The notes below the pieces were generated by a model, which searched no databases, was not told where the DNA came from, and saw only the letters and a list, made by a program, of their open reading frames with translations. A DNA stretch of 64,000 bases, from positions 368,869 through 432,868 of the forward strand of contig CAZXWN010000001.1 of NCBI GenBank assembly GCA_964644695.1. Direction: 5' to 3'. Position 1 is the first letter of the stretch. The number at the start of each line of letters is the position of its first letter. A program made the position numbers and the translations under genes. Below, one piece after another: positions 20,849 through 29,892 of the stretch. Source of the DNA: an uncultured bacterium. Lineage in GTDB: Bacteria; UBP4; UBA4092.

Positions 20849-22573
20849 ATGCTGAATCATAAAATATTATTGATTATTGTAGGGCTTATTGGGTTTTCAT
20901 GTGTTTTTGCTGATGAAACGGGATACATTCGTCATTGGGAAGTAATAGGTCCATTTTCCAAAACTGCCAATCTTGATGTTTTTGAGAATGATTGGCTAGA
21001 ACCCTGGGGTTCTGAAACAGGTCTTTCCAATAGAAATTTCCAATTGAATACGATTTTAAATAGGATCCCCATTACATTATCTTCAACCTTATATAATGAC
21101 GGATATTTGGATTTTAACTCTATCCATGGATCAAGAGAAAATGCTGTTACCTATGCAATTTGTAACATTTCAACAGATCAAGAAAAGACGATTCAATTAT
21201 TAGTTGGCAGTGATGATGGATTGAAAATATGGGTTAATGGAAATATCGTTTTTCGAAATCGAATATATAGAGGAGCTGTACCTGATCAGGAAGTAATATA
21301 TATCCATCTACAAAAAGGAAATAATCGCCTATTGTTCAAAGTTGAGCAAATGAACCAGGGATGGGGGCTATATGTACGAATCAATAAGTCATGGAATATA
21401 TCTGATTCAGTTAATAGAATCATTCCCACCGATGGTGTCCAGCCGTTCATCTTATTAACAGATTCTGAAAATGAAAATAATCAACGGTATGAAATGACAT
21501 TGATGAATCAGTCTGTTAAAACAATTGATAAAATCAAGTTGAATCTTAAATTATCAGATGATTGTGTGTTGAGCTATACAACGACTTCTATATCAAAGGG
21601 CACCCCCATCTATTGCCAGTGGATTCACCAATCCTATAACATCCCTTCAAGTTCTTTTGGATCAACCTACCAAATCAGAACGAATTCAGGTGAGCTAATA
21701 GCTGAAGGACCATTGCTAAATAAGAGAATCCATTCGCTATTACAAAAGGATACTGTCAGTAAAGAAACCATTAGATTTGTCCATCTGACAGATACTCACA
21801 TTAGTTATGAAGGGGCTGTATATCTTTCTGGGCGGCCATTCAACAATTTACGACAAGCAGTAAAGATGATTAATTCGTTAAATCCAACCCCTGATTTTGT
21901 CATTATCACTGGAGATTTAATAAAAGACAATATGAAAGATTTTGATTTGTTCTATTCAATTATGTCTGGTATAAAATTTCCGCTTATATGCACTATGGGG
22001 AATCAAGATAAACCTCAAGGATTATATGGAACGGAGACGATTCTGTATCACTGGGGATACCTTTCGTATTATTCATTCAATCGAGGAACCTTTCACTTTG
22101 TTGTTTTAAATACAGCTGAAAGGAACGACCGAACACTAAGTGAAGAACAGAAAAAATGGTTAAAAACTGACATTGAAAGATACAAAGGAGTTCCGACCAT
22201 ACTTTTTTCACATCGAGATCTAATCACTGGTTTTGGGATTAATACAACAGATGATATAACTAAATATTTCAAGGACACTACATCTGTAGTTAGAGTCTTT
22301 TCAGGTGGTTTGCATGCGAATGTATGCCTACGTAGTGAAAACAACCTTGGGCATATTATTACCCCATCTATTGCCTATCCCTTAACAGCAACAATGAACC
22401 CGGAAACTCCTTATGTTGCAGGTTTCCGGGTTATTGATTGTTTCAAAAATAATATTGTCAGTCAGTTTGTAACACTAGGTGGAGGAAGTATCGAAGATCC
22501 CCCTATTACGGATTACAAGACGCTCAAAGATTTACCTGACTTATTTCCATCTTTGATTACCAACCCAATGTAA
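20849..22573 (+). CDS. Secreted protein: PA14-like beta domain plus calcineurin-like metallophosphoesterase
   Basis: Signal peptide; GSDDGLKIWVNG; HLTDTH, ITGDL, GNQD, FSH motifs. Confidence 0.7.
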   Translation: MLNHKILLIIVGLIGFSCVFADETGYIRHWEVIGPFSKTANLDVFENDWLEPWGSETGLSNRNFQLNTILNRIPITLSSTLYNDGYLDFNSIHGSRENAVTYAICNISTDQEKTIQLLVGSDDGLKIWVNGNIVFRNRIYRGAVPDQEVIYIHLQKGNNRLLFKVEQMNQGWGLYVRINKSWNISDSVNRIIPTDGVQPFILLTDSENENNQRYEMTLMNQSVKTIDKIKLNLKLSDDCVLSYTTTSISKGTPIYCQWIHQSYNIPSSSFGSTYQIRTNSGELIAEGPLLNKRIHSLLQKDTVSKETIRFVHLTDTHISYEGAVYLSGRPFNNLRQAVKMINSLNPTPDFVIITGDLIKDNMKDFDLFYSIMSGIKFPLICTMGNQDKPQGLYGTETILYHWGYLSYYSFNRGTFHFVVLNTAERNDRTLSEEQKKWLKTDIERYKGVPTILFSHRDLITGFGINTTDDITKYFKDTTSVVRVFSGGLHANVCLRSENNLGHIITPSIAYPLTATMNPETPYVAGFRVIDCFKNNIVSQFVTLGGGSIEDPPITDYKTLKDLPDLFPSLITNPM

Positions 22574-22574
22574 C

Positions 22575-23390
22575 CTATTTTTTAGCAGGCTTATCAGCAA
22601 TTTGTTCCATAGCCGATACAATATCTGCTGCAGGCAATACAAGTGGCATCATTGAGGTAATATCCATTCGTTGCATACCATCAGACCCTCCATCAGAATT
22701 GGTCTGACGAATCAAAGTTATCCCAATCACTTTGCCATCACTTGTAAAAACAGGATTTCCCTGACCCATGGTTGAGCTGACAAAGAAATACTTTTGTGGC
22801 TTCTGGATTATAGTCATAACCCGACCATCAGTTATCCACGGGGTTCTATTAGCACTTTTACCAAGGCGACTTACGATATAAATGGGGTCCATAACTAACG
22901 GATCCACTGCTTTGGTGAGATTAATGAAATTGAAAGGCTTTTCGACTTTAGCGGTTGGAAGGATAAAAGCCAAATCAAGATCTTTGTCCCGAAGAATGAC
23001 TTTGGCCTGAATTTCTTTTCCATCAGGAAGAATATACTTCGCATCTGTAATCTCGGAAGTATATTTAAAATTGGCGCCATCTTCATCACTGGACATTTTC
23101 ATCATGGCTTCAATTCGCGAAGAAGGATCAATTTCTGACAACGAAACAAGCATTAATCCATCAGGTCTAAGCACTGTTCCAAGCGTTTCAATGGACGTTT
23201 CATTTTTTTCCGTATCTTTACCGGAATAAGACACCCCTTGTTTGATAGTTACTTTCAGATGAATTACAGCATCTTGATTCTGAACTAAAATATCCCTGCC
23301 TTTTACGGCCAATTCATCTCCCATAACCGGGATTCCCATGGCAGCAACCATCACTAAGGTTGCTAAAAGAACCAACATTTTCTTACGCAT
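22575..23390 (-). CDS. Secreted trypsin-like (HtrA protease-domain) protein lacking catalytic His/Ser
   Basis: Signal peptide; LGTVLRPDGL, AKVILRDKDLDLA, GNPVFTSDGKVIGI; AAGGAG RBS. Confidence 0.65.
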   Translation of the reverse strand: MRKKMLVLLATLVMVAAMGIPVMGDELAVKGRDILVQNQDAVIHLKVTIKQGVSYSGKDTEKNETSIETLGTVLRPDGLMLVSLSEIDPSSRIEAMMKMSSDEDGANFKYTSEITDAKYILPDGKEIQAKVILRDKDLDLAFILPTAKVEKPFNFINLTKAVDPLVMDPIYIVSRLGKSANRTPWITDGRVMTIIQKPQKYFFVSSTMGQGNPVFTSDGKVIGITLIRQTNSDGGSDGMQRMDITSMMPLVLPAADIVSAMEQIADKPAKK

Positions 23391-23412
23391 CAGCTTCTCC
23401 TTAATATAAGTT

Positions 23413-25446
23413 TTAATTGTCCCACTTGGGCTCAATTTCTAAATACTGGGTATGAATACCTCTTTGAACTTTTACGATAACCGATGGAATCTTCTCTTTG
23501 GCAAAAGTTTCAAGCAAAGACTTTAAAGCATCAAGAGAATTAACGGGCTTTTGATTTACTTCCAGAATAATATCGTCCACGGAAAGTTGTGCCAGGGCAG
23601 CCCATCCGCCTTCTTTTACTTCCGTTACGATAACACCACTGGTTTTGTCTTCCAGTTTTTCCTTCATACGATCGTAGAAGCCCAGATCTCGAACGCTAAA
23701 TTCAAATACATCGTCTTTATATTTTGCCAATTCTCTTTCTGGTGCAGGGGATCTGGGAAGAGTGATTTTTATATCCAGTGGAGTTTTTTGTCGCAGGATT
23801 CCCAGAGTAATAACGGTACCCACTCTAATCTGTCTGACCATTGTGGGCATGACATCATAATCCTCTGGCTGACTCGCATTAATCTCAGATTGGTCGATAT
23901 GTGTAATGATATCTCCAATTTTAAGGCCACAAGACTCTGCCGCAGTTCCAGGAAATACTTCGGTTACAATGACACCCTTGGTTGTAGAAAGACCAATGTG
24001 TTCTGCCAAATCCCGAGTAAGTACCTGATAATTTATAGGAATCCAAGCCTTTCGTATTTCAGAACCGTGATCTTCAATTTCCTTACTTCCAATTTTTACG
24101 ACTGTCATTCGTCTTTCATTTCTCTGGTCATAACTAACTAAAACAGGAAGTTGTTCGTTTTCCTTGATATCTAATTTGTTCGTTAAATCGATCAGCTCTT
24201 GGACATTATGAACAGGAACACCATTTACCTCTCGAATAATACATCGTTCATTGATGGAAGGTTTTGCTTCATTGGCTGGGCCACCGGACCGAATGGAAGT
24301 AATTAATACGCCATCTCTATTAGTGATTTTCATTTCTTTTGCAGCCATGAAGGAAATATTCCGTCCACAGATACCCCATCGTTTCAGTTCATACGTTTTA
24401 GGACGCATTTCTTCCCTTTCAACCGGGATTATCTTTAATTCCATGGGCTGATTATTTCGGAGTACTTTAATTTTTACTTCCTGTTGAATGGGAAGATTGG
24501 ATACTTTTATATTGAATAATGGAATCTCTTCATCAAAACGAAGATTGACCGGTTCATTATTCATTTCAATCAGGTAGTCTCCAGATTGGAGTCCGGCTTT
24601 TTGAGCAGGGGAATCCATAATGATTCCCCCAATTAATGCGCCTTGAGTTACTGGTGAAGATTTAAATCGTGGTTGTATCTCAAGACCCAACCAGGCACGT
24701 TTTACTTTTCCATTTTTGATGATAGATTCAGCAACTGACTTGGCGAGATTCCCGGGAATTGCACCAGCCAACCCCATACTCATTTCATTAATTCCAATAA
24801 TTTCGCCTTTTAAATTTATGAGGGGACCACCGGAATTTCCCCCAATAATTTCCGCATCGTGTCCAATCCATCGGACAATAGAACCAACATCTTCACCATC
24901 TAAAGTGAATTTAGAAAAAGGTCCGAATAATCGGGGCATGACAACTTCAGTATTACTGATAATGCCTTCTGTCACAGACTGAGAAAGTGCCATGGGACTT
25001 CCCAAAGCCAGTACTTTTTCTCCGACTTGGATTTTGGAAGAATCTCCAAAATCTGCATTTGCAAAAACCCGTGGTTTTGTCGGTTTCAGTTTAATCACAG
25101 CAATATCTGCCAGAGCATCTGTGCCTACTAACTCAGCCGGGATTTCTTCTTTATCAGACAGCGTACAAGTAATTCGCGTGGTTTTTCCAACTACATGATG
25201 ATTTGTAACCACATATCCATCACTGGAAATAATCACACCACTCCCGGCAGATTGTTCTTTCATCTCGCGGCCATCGTAATATTCCACATTTACGACATAG
25301 ATGCGTACTAATGCAGGTTTTACGCGTGCAATAGCGGCATCGACCTGTTTTCTTTCATCGGTAGTTGCGCCCATTATCGGGGAAAAAACAATCATCCCCA
25401 GGATAATCAAAAAGGATAGCCTTAATACCCAATAGTTGCTTCTCAT
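23413..25446 (-). CDS. HtrA/DegP-family serine protease with four PDZ domains
   Basis: GSGVIISSDGYVVTNHHVV, DIAVIKL, GGNSGGPL; four PDZ-like repeats. Confidence 0.9.
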   Translation of the reverse strand: MRSNYWVLRLSFLIILGMIVFSPIMGATTDERKQVDAAIARVKPALVRIYVVNVEYYDGREMKEQSAGSGVIISSDGYVVTNHHVVGKTTRITCTLSDKEEIPAELVGTDALADIAVIKLKPTKPRVFANADFGDSSKIQVGEKVLALGSPMALSQSVTEGIISNTEVVMPRLFGPFSKFTLDGEDVGSIVRWIGHDAEIIGGNSGGPLINLKGEIIGINEMSMGLAGAIPGNLAKSVAESIIKNGKVKRAWLGLEIQPRFKSSPVTQGALIGGIIMDSPAQKAGLQSGDYLIEMNNEPVNLRFDEEIPLFNIKVSNLPIQQEVKIKVLRNNQPMELKIIPVEREEMRPKTYELKRWGICGRNISFMAAKEMKITNRDGVLITSIRSGGPANEAKPSINERCIIREVNGVPVHNVQELIDLTNKLDIKENEQLPVLVSYDQRNERRMTVVKIGSKEIEDHGSEIRKAWIPINYQVLTRDLAEHIGLSTTKGVIVTEVFPGTAAESCGLKIGDIITHIDQSEINASQPEDYDVMPTMVRQIRVGTVITLGILRQKTPLDIKITLPRSPAPERELAKYKDDVFEFSVRDLGFYDRMKEKLEDKTSGVIVTEVKEGGWAALAQLSVDDIILEVNQKPVNSLDALKSLLETFAKEKIPSVIVKVQRGIHTQYLEIEPKWDN

Positions 25447-25492
25447 ATAACCCTCGCTAACTCAGTAAGATATAACTCAATATGATTGCTGA

Positions 25493-25521
25493 TTTTTAAC
25501 ATAGAAGATATATGATGTCAA
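25493..25521 (-). promoter_or_regulatory. Sigma70-type promoter for the HtrA operon
   Basis: Minus strand TTGACA-17bp-TAAAAA with TG extension. Confidence 0.55.
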
Positions 25522-25546
25522 ATCAATTCAACCCAAAGAATACCAC

Positions 25547-25574
25547 CATCGAACAAGATCAATCTTGTTCGATG
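25547..25574. repeat. REP-like palindrome, copy 2
   Basis: catcgaacaagat-ca-atcttgttcgatg (perfect arms). Confidence 0.85.
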
Positions 25575-25591
25575 ATTCATTGATATCCCTT

Positions 25592-26071
25592 TTATCTTTT
25601 CAATTGTTGATTCAATTGATGTTGGATATAAAGATTCAATCCCGATTTATGAGTCCCTGCGGCTCTTCTGTTCCACTCAGATTTTTCCTCAGGAGTAATA
25701 CTTTTCCAAAGTGAAATTACATCTTTGAATCGATTGATTTGAGCCACACGAGCAGGGGTCTGCTTCCAAGGTTTACCCGGCTTTCTCCGTACATAATCCC
25801 TACGATTTTTTCCTGCTGCATAGGACTTATTTCCTAAGGGTCCATGAATTTTAACCGCCACCCGCAATTCAGATGTTTTAATAACAGCTTCTTCACTCAG
25901 CGCGGGGAAAATTACATCATTCAACAATTCCAATCCCCATTTAATGTTATTTTCCTTTTTCTTTCTTTGGTCTGGCCATCCTGAGTTCAGCAATAAAACC
26001 AGATATTCAGTGATAATTTTGTTGAAATTCAAATGACAGGGTATTTTGAAGTTATCTTGTTTAACATTCAT
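25592..26071 (-). CDS. Basic hypothetical protein, possibly nucleic-acid binding
   Basis: Strong AAAGGAGG RBS; K/R-rich C-terminal half. Confidence 0.7.
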   Translation of the reverse strand: MNVKQDNFKIPCHLNFNKIITEYLVLLLNSGWPDQRKKKENNIKWGLELLNDVIFPALSEEAVIKTSELRVAVKIHGPLGNKSYAAGKNRRDYVRRKPGKPWKQTPARVAQINRFKDVISLWKSITPEEKSEWNRRAAGTHKSGLNLYIQHQLNQQLKR

Positions 26072-26221
26072 ACCGCAATCCTCCTTTATGTATGGTTTAG
26101 GTTCATCTTAATCAGGTTAATTGGGGGGTACTGTCCACACATTGGGACAATTTGCAGCACTATCTTCTGCTGTAATCTGTTAGGATGAGAGAAAATAGTA
26201 CCCTTCAGGAGGCACGGTATT

Positions 26222-28381
26222 ATGGTGAAGATGGGTGATTCACTAACCGTACTAGGTTCACGATTAGGTTTTGGATTTGATCCGGCGCATAAACAGTCTT
26301 ATTTAATTCGACATGGAAAACATCCTGGAATTCCACTCAACCTTCATGCAGGGATAAAATTAGAAGATCGCGTAATTGAATTACCACTCACCCGTGATTG
26401 TCAGGAATTTTCATTTGTTGACCAACAAATGACACCTACTTCAATTAGTTTTATTGGGATAGATTCAAAAACAGGACTCAAGGTAAAACTGGTTGTGCGT
26501 ATTCCTTTTAGACCACGCGATATACGGTTTAGTGTGACCCCTGTTATATTTTTTGAAGTATCTATCAGTAGATTGGATTCATATTTCAGGTGGCAGCCAT
26601 CCACAACTGAAGCTGTTAAGGGAAAGCTGTTTTTAGGCTTTGAAAATAATGATTTTGATTTCCGATCCCTGAATGACAAAGAAATATCTGTTTCTTATTC
26701 GTCGCCTGTCGGAAGACCCGAAAAAACTGATTGGGATATTTGTGAATTTATACGTTGTCAGGATCGATTAGTATTTCAACAACCTTCTGAAAACCAATAC
26801 ACCTATCTCGATTTTTCACTGATTCCAGGAGAACAGGGACCGACTCTCAATGCTTATTGGGCTTGTTACGATATGGCAGTACTTGAGGTTGGAAACGAAT
26901 TATGTTCTTTTAAGTATTCAGATTATTACAGCAATCTGGATGAAGTCTGTCAGTGGGCGGATAAATCCATTTCTGAGGTCAAACTCAATTCCTGCAAAGT
27001 CGATTCTATTATTCTGGAAAACAGTCTAGGAACTGCCGTCAATAATCTTTTAACACAAACCTTGCACAGCTGGTTAATGAACAGTTGGTGGGTTAAGAAA
27101 AAAACAGGCCAGGACTGGTTTATGGTTTGGGAAGGGACCTGTTATCTGCATTCCACCATAGATGTGGAATACACCCAGGGACCTTTTTATCTTTCCGTTT
27201 GGCCTGAATTACTGGAACTCCAGTTAAATGAATGGCCAGAATTTATAAAATCAGGAGAACTGACTCTGGGTGAGGACGGGCAGGGCACCCTCTTCATGTC
27301 ACACGATATGGGGCTTTTGGGAAAAGGTTCTGGACAATTCTATACTCATGAAATGGAAGTAGAAGAAAACTGTAATTACTTATTGCTGGCTTATGCGCAT
27401 TGGAGAAGGACAGGAAATACCTCTGTACTGAATAATCAGTCATCTATTTGGATACCGCTATTGGAATTTATACGGAAAACAGACACAACAGGAAATGGTA
27501 TTCCCGACAAGGGTTGTGCCAATACTCTGGACGATGGATCCCCAGCTGTTCAATTTGGAAAAAAACAAATATATCTGGGGATAAAGTCGGCACTGGCTTG
27601 TTTGGCTGGCGCCGATATTTTGGAATACTTCAAGCTTTATAAAGAAGCCAAAGTTTATCGTGATTTTGCAGCCAAAGGTATTAAAACAATTGAAGAGGAT
27701 GGCTGGATTAAAGACCATTATGTAGTGGCTTTGAATATCGTTCAGGAAGATGCTATCAACCCTTGGACTGGAGAATTATGGATAGGTCCACTGATTGGTT
27801 GGGATGCCTATCATATCTATACTCCCAACACTTTTGCTCTTTTACACATGGTAAACCGATTTACAGAACAATTGGATTCCCATCGAATAAAAGGGGATAT
27901 TCAAGCTGTGATAAAAGAAACACTTACCCCTTATGGATGCCGACATTCCAGTTTCATTAATCGAATTTCCGCAAACATAAATCCCCCCCAACCCTCAAAA
28001 GTAGGGTGGATATCTATGAATATCTTGAGAGATATGACGGCTCTCTACAGAGGAATAGACTTAACCGCTATGTCACAGCGATATTGGGATTGGCAAATCA
28101 CAACCAATTCTCAGGAATTTACCGGTTATTTCGAGTCATTTAGCGGCAATAATTTACATTATTACCCTCGGGGGATCGCTGTTTATGGTTTATTGGAGGC
28201 GGCAGCTGGGTATAGTTGGGATAAAGTTGCAGATGAAGAATTAATTAATCCCGTAAATCATTCAATAAAAGTGCCTATTTTAGCTCAGGCTGATTGGGTA
28301 AATGGAAAAGTATCTGTCATTTCAAGTTTTACTCGGAAAGAAGAAATCTATTTTGAGATCTACGAGCGTATCTTTCCTTGA
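26222..28381 (+). CDS. DUF4965/GtaA-like (alpha/alpha)6 protein resembling GH52/GH116 glycoside hydrolases
   Basis: VWEGTCYLHSTIDVEY, MSHDMG, EMEVEENCNYLLL, NTLDD; AGGAGG RBS. Confidence 0.65.
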   Translation: MVKMGDSLTVLGSRLGFGFDPAHKQSYLIRHGKHPGIPLNLHAGIKLEDRVIELPLTRDCQEFSFVDQQMTPTSISFIGIDSKTGLKVKLVVRIPFRPRDIRFSVTPVIFFEVSISRLDSYFRWQPSTTEAVKGKLFLGFENNDFDFRSLNDKEISVSYSSPVGRPEKTDWDICEFIRCQDRLVFQQPSENQYTYLDFSLIPGEQGPTLNAYWACYDMAVLEVGNELCSFKYSDYYSNLDEVCQWADKSISEVKLNSCKVDSIILENSLGTAVNNLLTQTLHSWLMNSWWVKKKTGQDWFMVWEGTCYLHSTIDVEYTQGPFYLSVWPELLELQLNEWPEFIKSGELTLGEDGQGTLFMSHDMGLLGKGSGQFYTHEMEVEENCNYLLLAYAHWRRTGNTSVLNNQSSIWIPLLEFIRKTDTTGNGIPDKGCANTLDDGSPAVQFGKKQIYLGIKSALACLAGADILEYFKLYKEAKVYRDFAAKGIKTIEEDGWIKDHYVVALNIVQEDAINPWTGELWIGPLIGWDAYHIYTPNTFALLHMVNRFTEQLDSHRIKGDIQAVIKETLTPYGCRHSSFINRISANINPPQPSKVGWISMNILRDMTALYRGIDLTAMSQRYWDWQITTNSQEFTGYFESFSGNNLHYYPRGIAVYGLLEAAAGYSWDKVADEELINPVNHSIKVPILAQADWVNGKVSVISSFTRKEEIYFEIYERIFP

Positions 28382-28540
28382 CAATGATGTGAGTCTCAAA
28401 GCCTGATTTGGGCAAATGATGGTTCTGCGATAAAATATATAATACCGGATTATGCGGTTCAATTTAATTCAGAGAACTGAATATGGCCGGTCATTAATCT
28501 CGGAACTATCTCAGCCACAATCAAAAAGGGTTTGGGACAG

Positions 28541-29782
28541 ATGATTTATCTGGATGAAGCTATTAAATATGTTGAAGTCAGGAAGTTGCCCACTGAATGG
28601 CGGCGAGAGTGGGAAGAATCATTCCATTTTTATAAATTAAAGAAGGAAGAATGTCTTAAACCTGGCTTTTTAGAAGAAGCTCAACAGCTCATTGGATTTC
28701 CAGAAGATATTTATAAGGCATTAAAAAGAGCCTATGCCATTTTAAGAGGAGATCCAGTTACTCAGAGAGTTGTTATTCATTGTCATTTTCTCCTCTTTAG
28801 AAAACATGATTACCCAATCAATGCCCTAATGCCCTGGTTAGCAGTCAAAGAAAGACTCGAGGGAGATGCAGGCCTTTTCCCAGTATTGATATTACTCACC
28901 GGAATTCCCCATATCCGTAATTTTTATGAGGAAAAACAGATTCCCGAATCAATTTTGAAGGATACTCTTTCTGATTTAGTCATATGGATAAAGGATTATC
29001 AATCAAAATATGGACATTTCGGATTTAACCATTTGTTCTGGTTAATGCATCATTTCCAAGGGAAATTATTCAGATTGGGTCGGTTACAGTTTGTCCCATC
29101 ATCTTTTCATGGTGAAATCAAAGTTTATAGGAATTTATATACAGGTTCTTTAAAGGTTTTATCCTCAGGCGGTGTTAAATTTCGGCCAGATGGGCAAGTT
29201 GATGGAACAAACGATATCTTTGCTAATGATCGTGCATGGTTTTCTATTTTTGTAGAAGATGATGAATCTATCCAGGGATGTCCTATCCATCCCAATGGTT
29301 ATGCTTTGTTTGAAAGAATCATTTTACCCAAAAATACATACGAACTTGAATTGCAAAAAGGTGATCCCATACTAGATATCCATATTCCAGCGGGTGAGAA
29401 ATTAACTCGTCAATCTTGTCTTGATTCGTATCATAAAGCGGTCGATTTTTTTAGACGGTATTTCCCCGAAATTTCACCTAAAGGGTTTTCTTGTCAATCA
29501 TGGTTACTCGACAACCAATTAACTAAAATTCTTCCTTCCACATCTAATATTGTCCAATTTCAGCAAGACTATTATGGATATCCCTTTTTAACTGATGATT
29601 TTCAGACTTTTGAGCGTGTTTTTGGAAATAAACCACAAGATTATGGAAAAGTGGATTGTAAAACCCCTTTACAAAAATCAATTATAGATTTTGTTAAGAA
29701 GGGGAATAATATGAGGATGGGTGCAGGATTCTTCTTAAAGAAGGAAGGACCACAGCCAGGATATTGTCCATCTGTTGAATAA
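28541..29782 (+). CDS. N-acyltransferase of the DUF5596/glycopeptide acyltransferase type
   Basis: LFRLGRLQF, LDIHIPAGEKL, CQSWLLD, SNIVQFQ. Confidence 0.75.
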   Translation: MIYLDEAIKYVEVRKLPTEWRREWEESFHFYKLKKEECLKPGFLEEAQQLIGFPEDIYKALKRAYAILRGDPVTQRVVIHCHFLLFRKHDYPINALMPWLAVKERLEGDAGLFPVLILLTGIPHIRNFYEEKQIPESILKDTLSDLVIWIKDYQSKYGHFGFNHLFWLMHHFQGKLFRLGRLQFVPSSFHGEIKVYRNLYTGSLKVLSSGGVKFRPDGQVDGTNDIFANDRAWFSIFVEDDESIQGCPIHPNGYALFERIILPKNTYELELQKGDPILDIHIPAGEKLTRQSCLDSYHKAVDFFRRYFPEISPKGFSCQSWLLDNQLTKILPSTSNIVQFQQDYYGYPFLTDDFQTFERVFGNKPQDYGKVDCKTPLQKSIIDFVKKGNNMRMGAGFFLKKEGPQPGYCPSVE

Positions 29783-29806
29783 TAGTGAACTACTGGCAGG
29801 AAATAA

Positions 29807-29883
29807 TGGTGCGCCCAGGAGGATTTGAACCCCCAACCCTCTGATCCGAAGTCAGACGCTCTATCCAATTGAGCTATGGGCGC
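29807..29883 (-). tRNA. tRNA-Arg(UCG)
   Basis: Cloverleaf gcgccca...tgggcgc-a-cca; anticodon loop cttcgga. Confidence 0.95.
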
Positions 29884-29892
29884 GTATGTTTA

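Noticed and set aside
23551-24141. 196-aa antisense ORF and the many other 60-140 aa overlapping ORFs in the track
   Set aside because: They lie opposite or out of frame to well-supported genes and have no recognisable motifs.
26121-26208. NiCo riboswitch or cryptic tRNA
   Set aside because: The minus strand has tgtgtggacagt but lacks the other NiCo elements I recall; no T-loop or CCA for a tRNA.
25592-29806. Genomic island integrated at the tRNA-Arg 3' end
   Set aside because: No integrase and no convincing att duplication; only an 8-bp match (tgcgccca, 25366-25373) inside the HtrA CDS, consistent with chance. Composition shift could not be computed.
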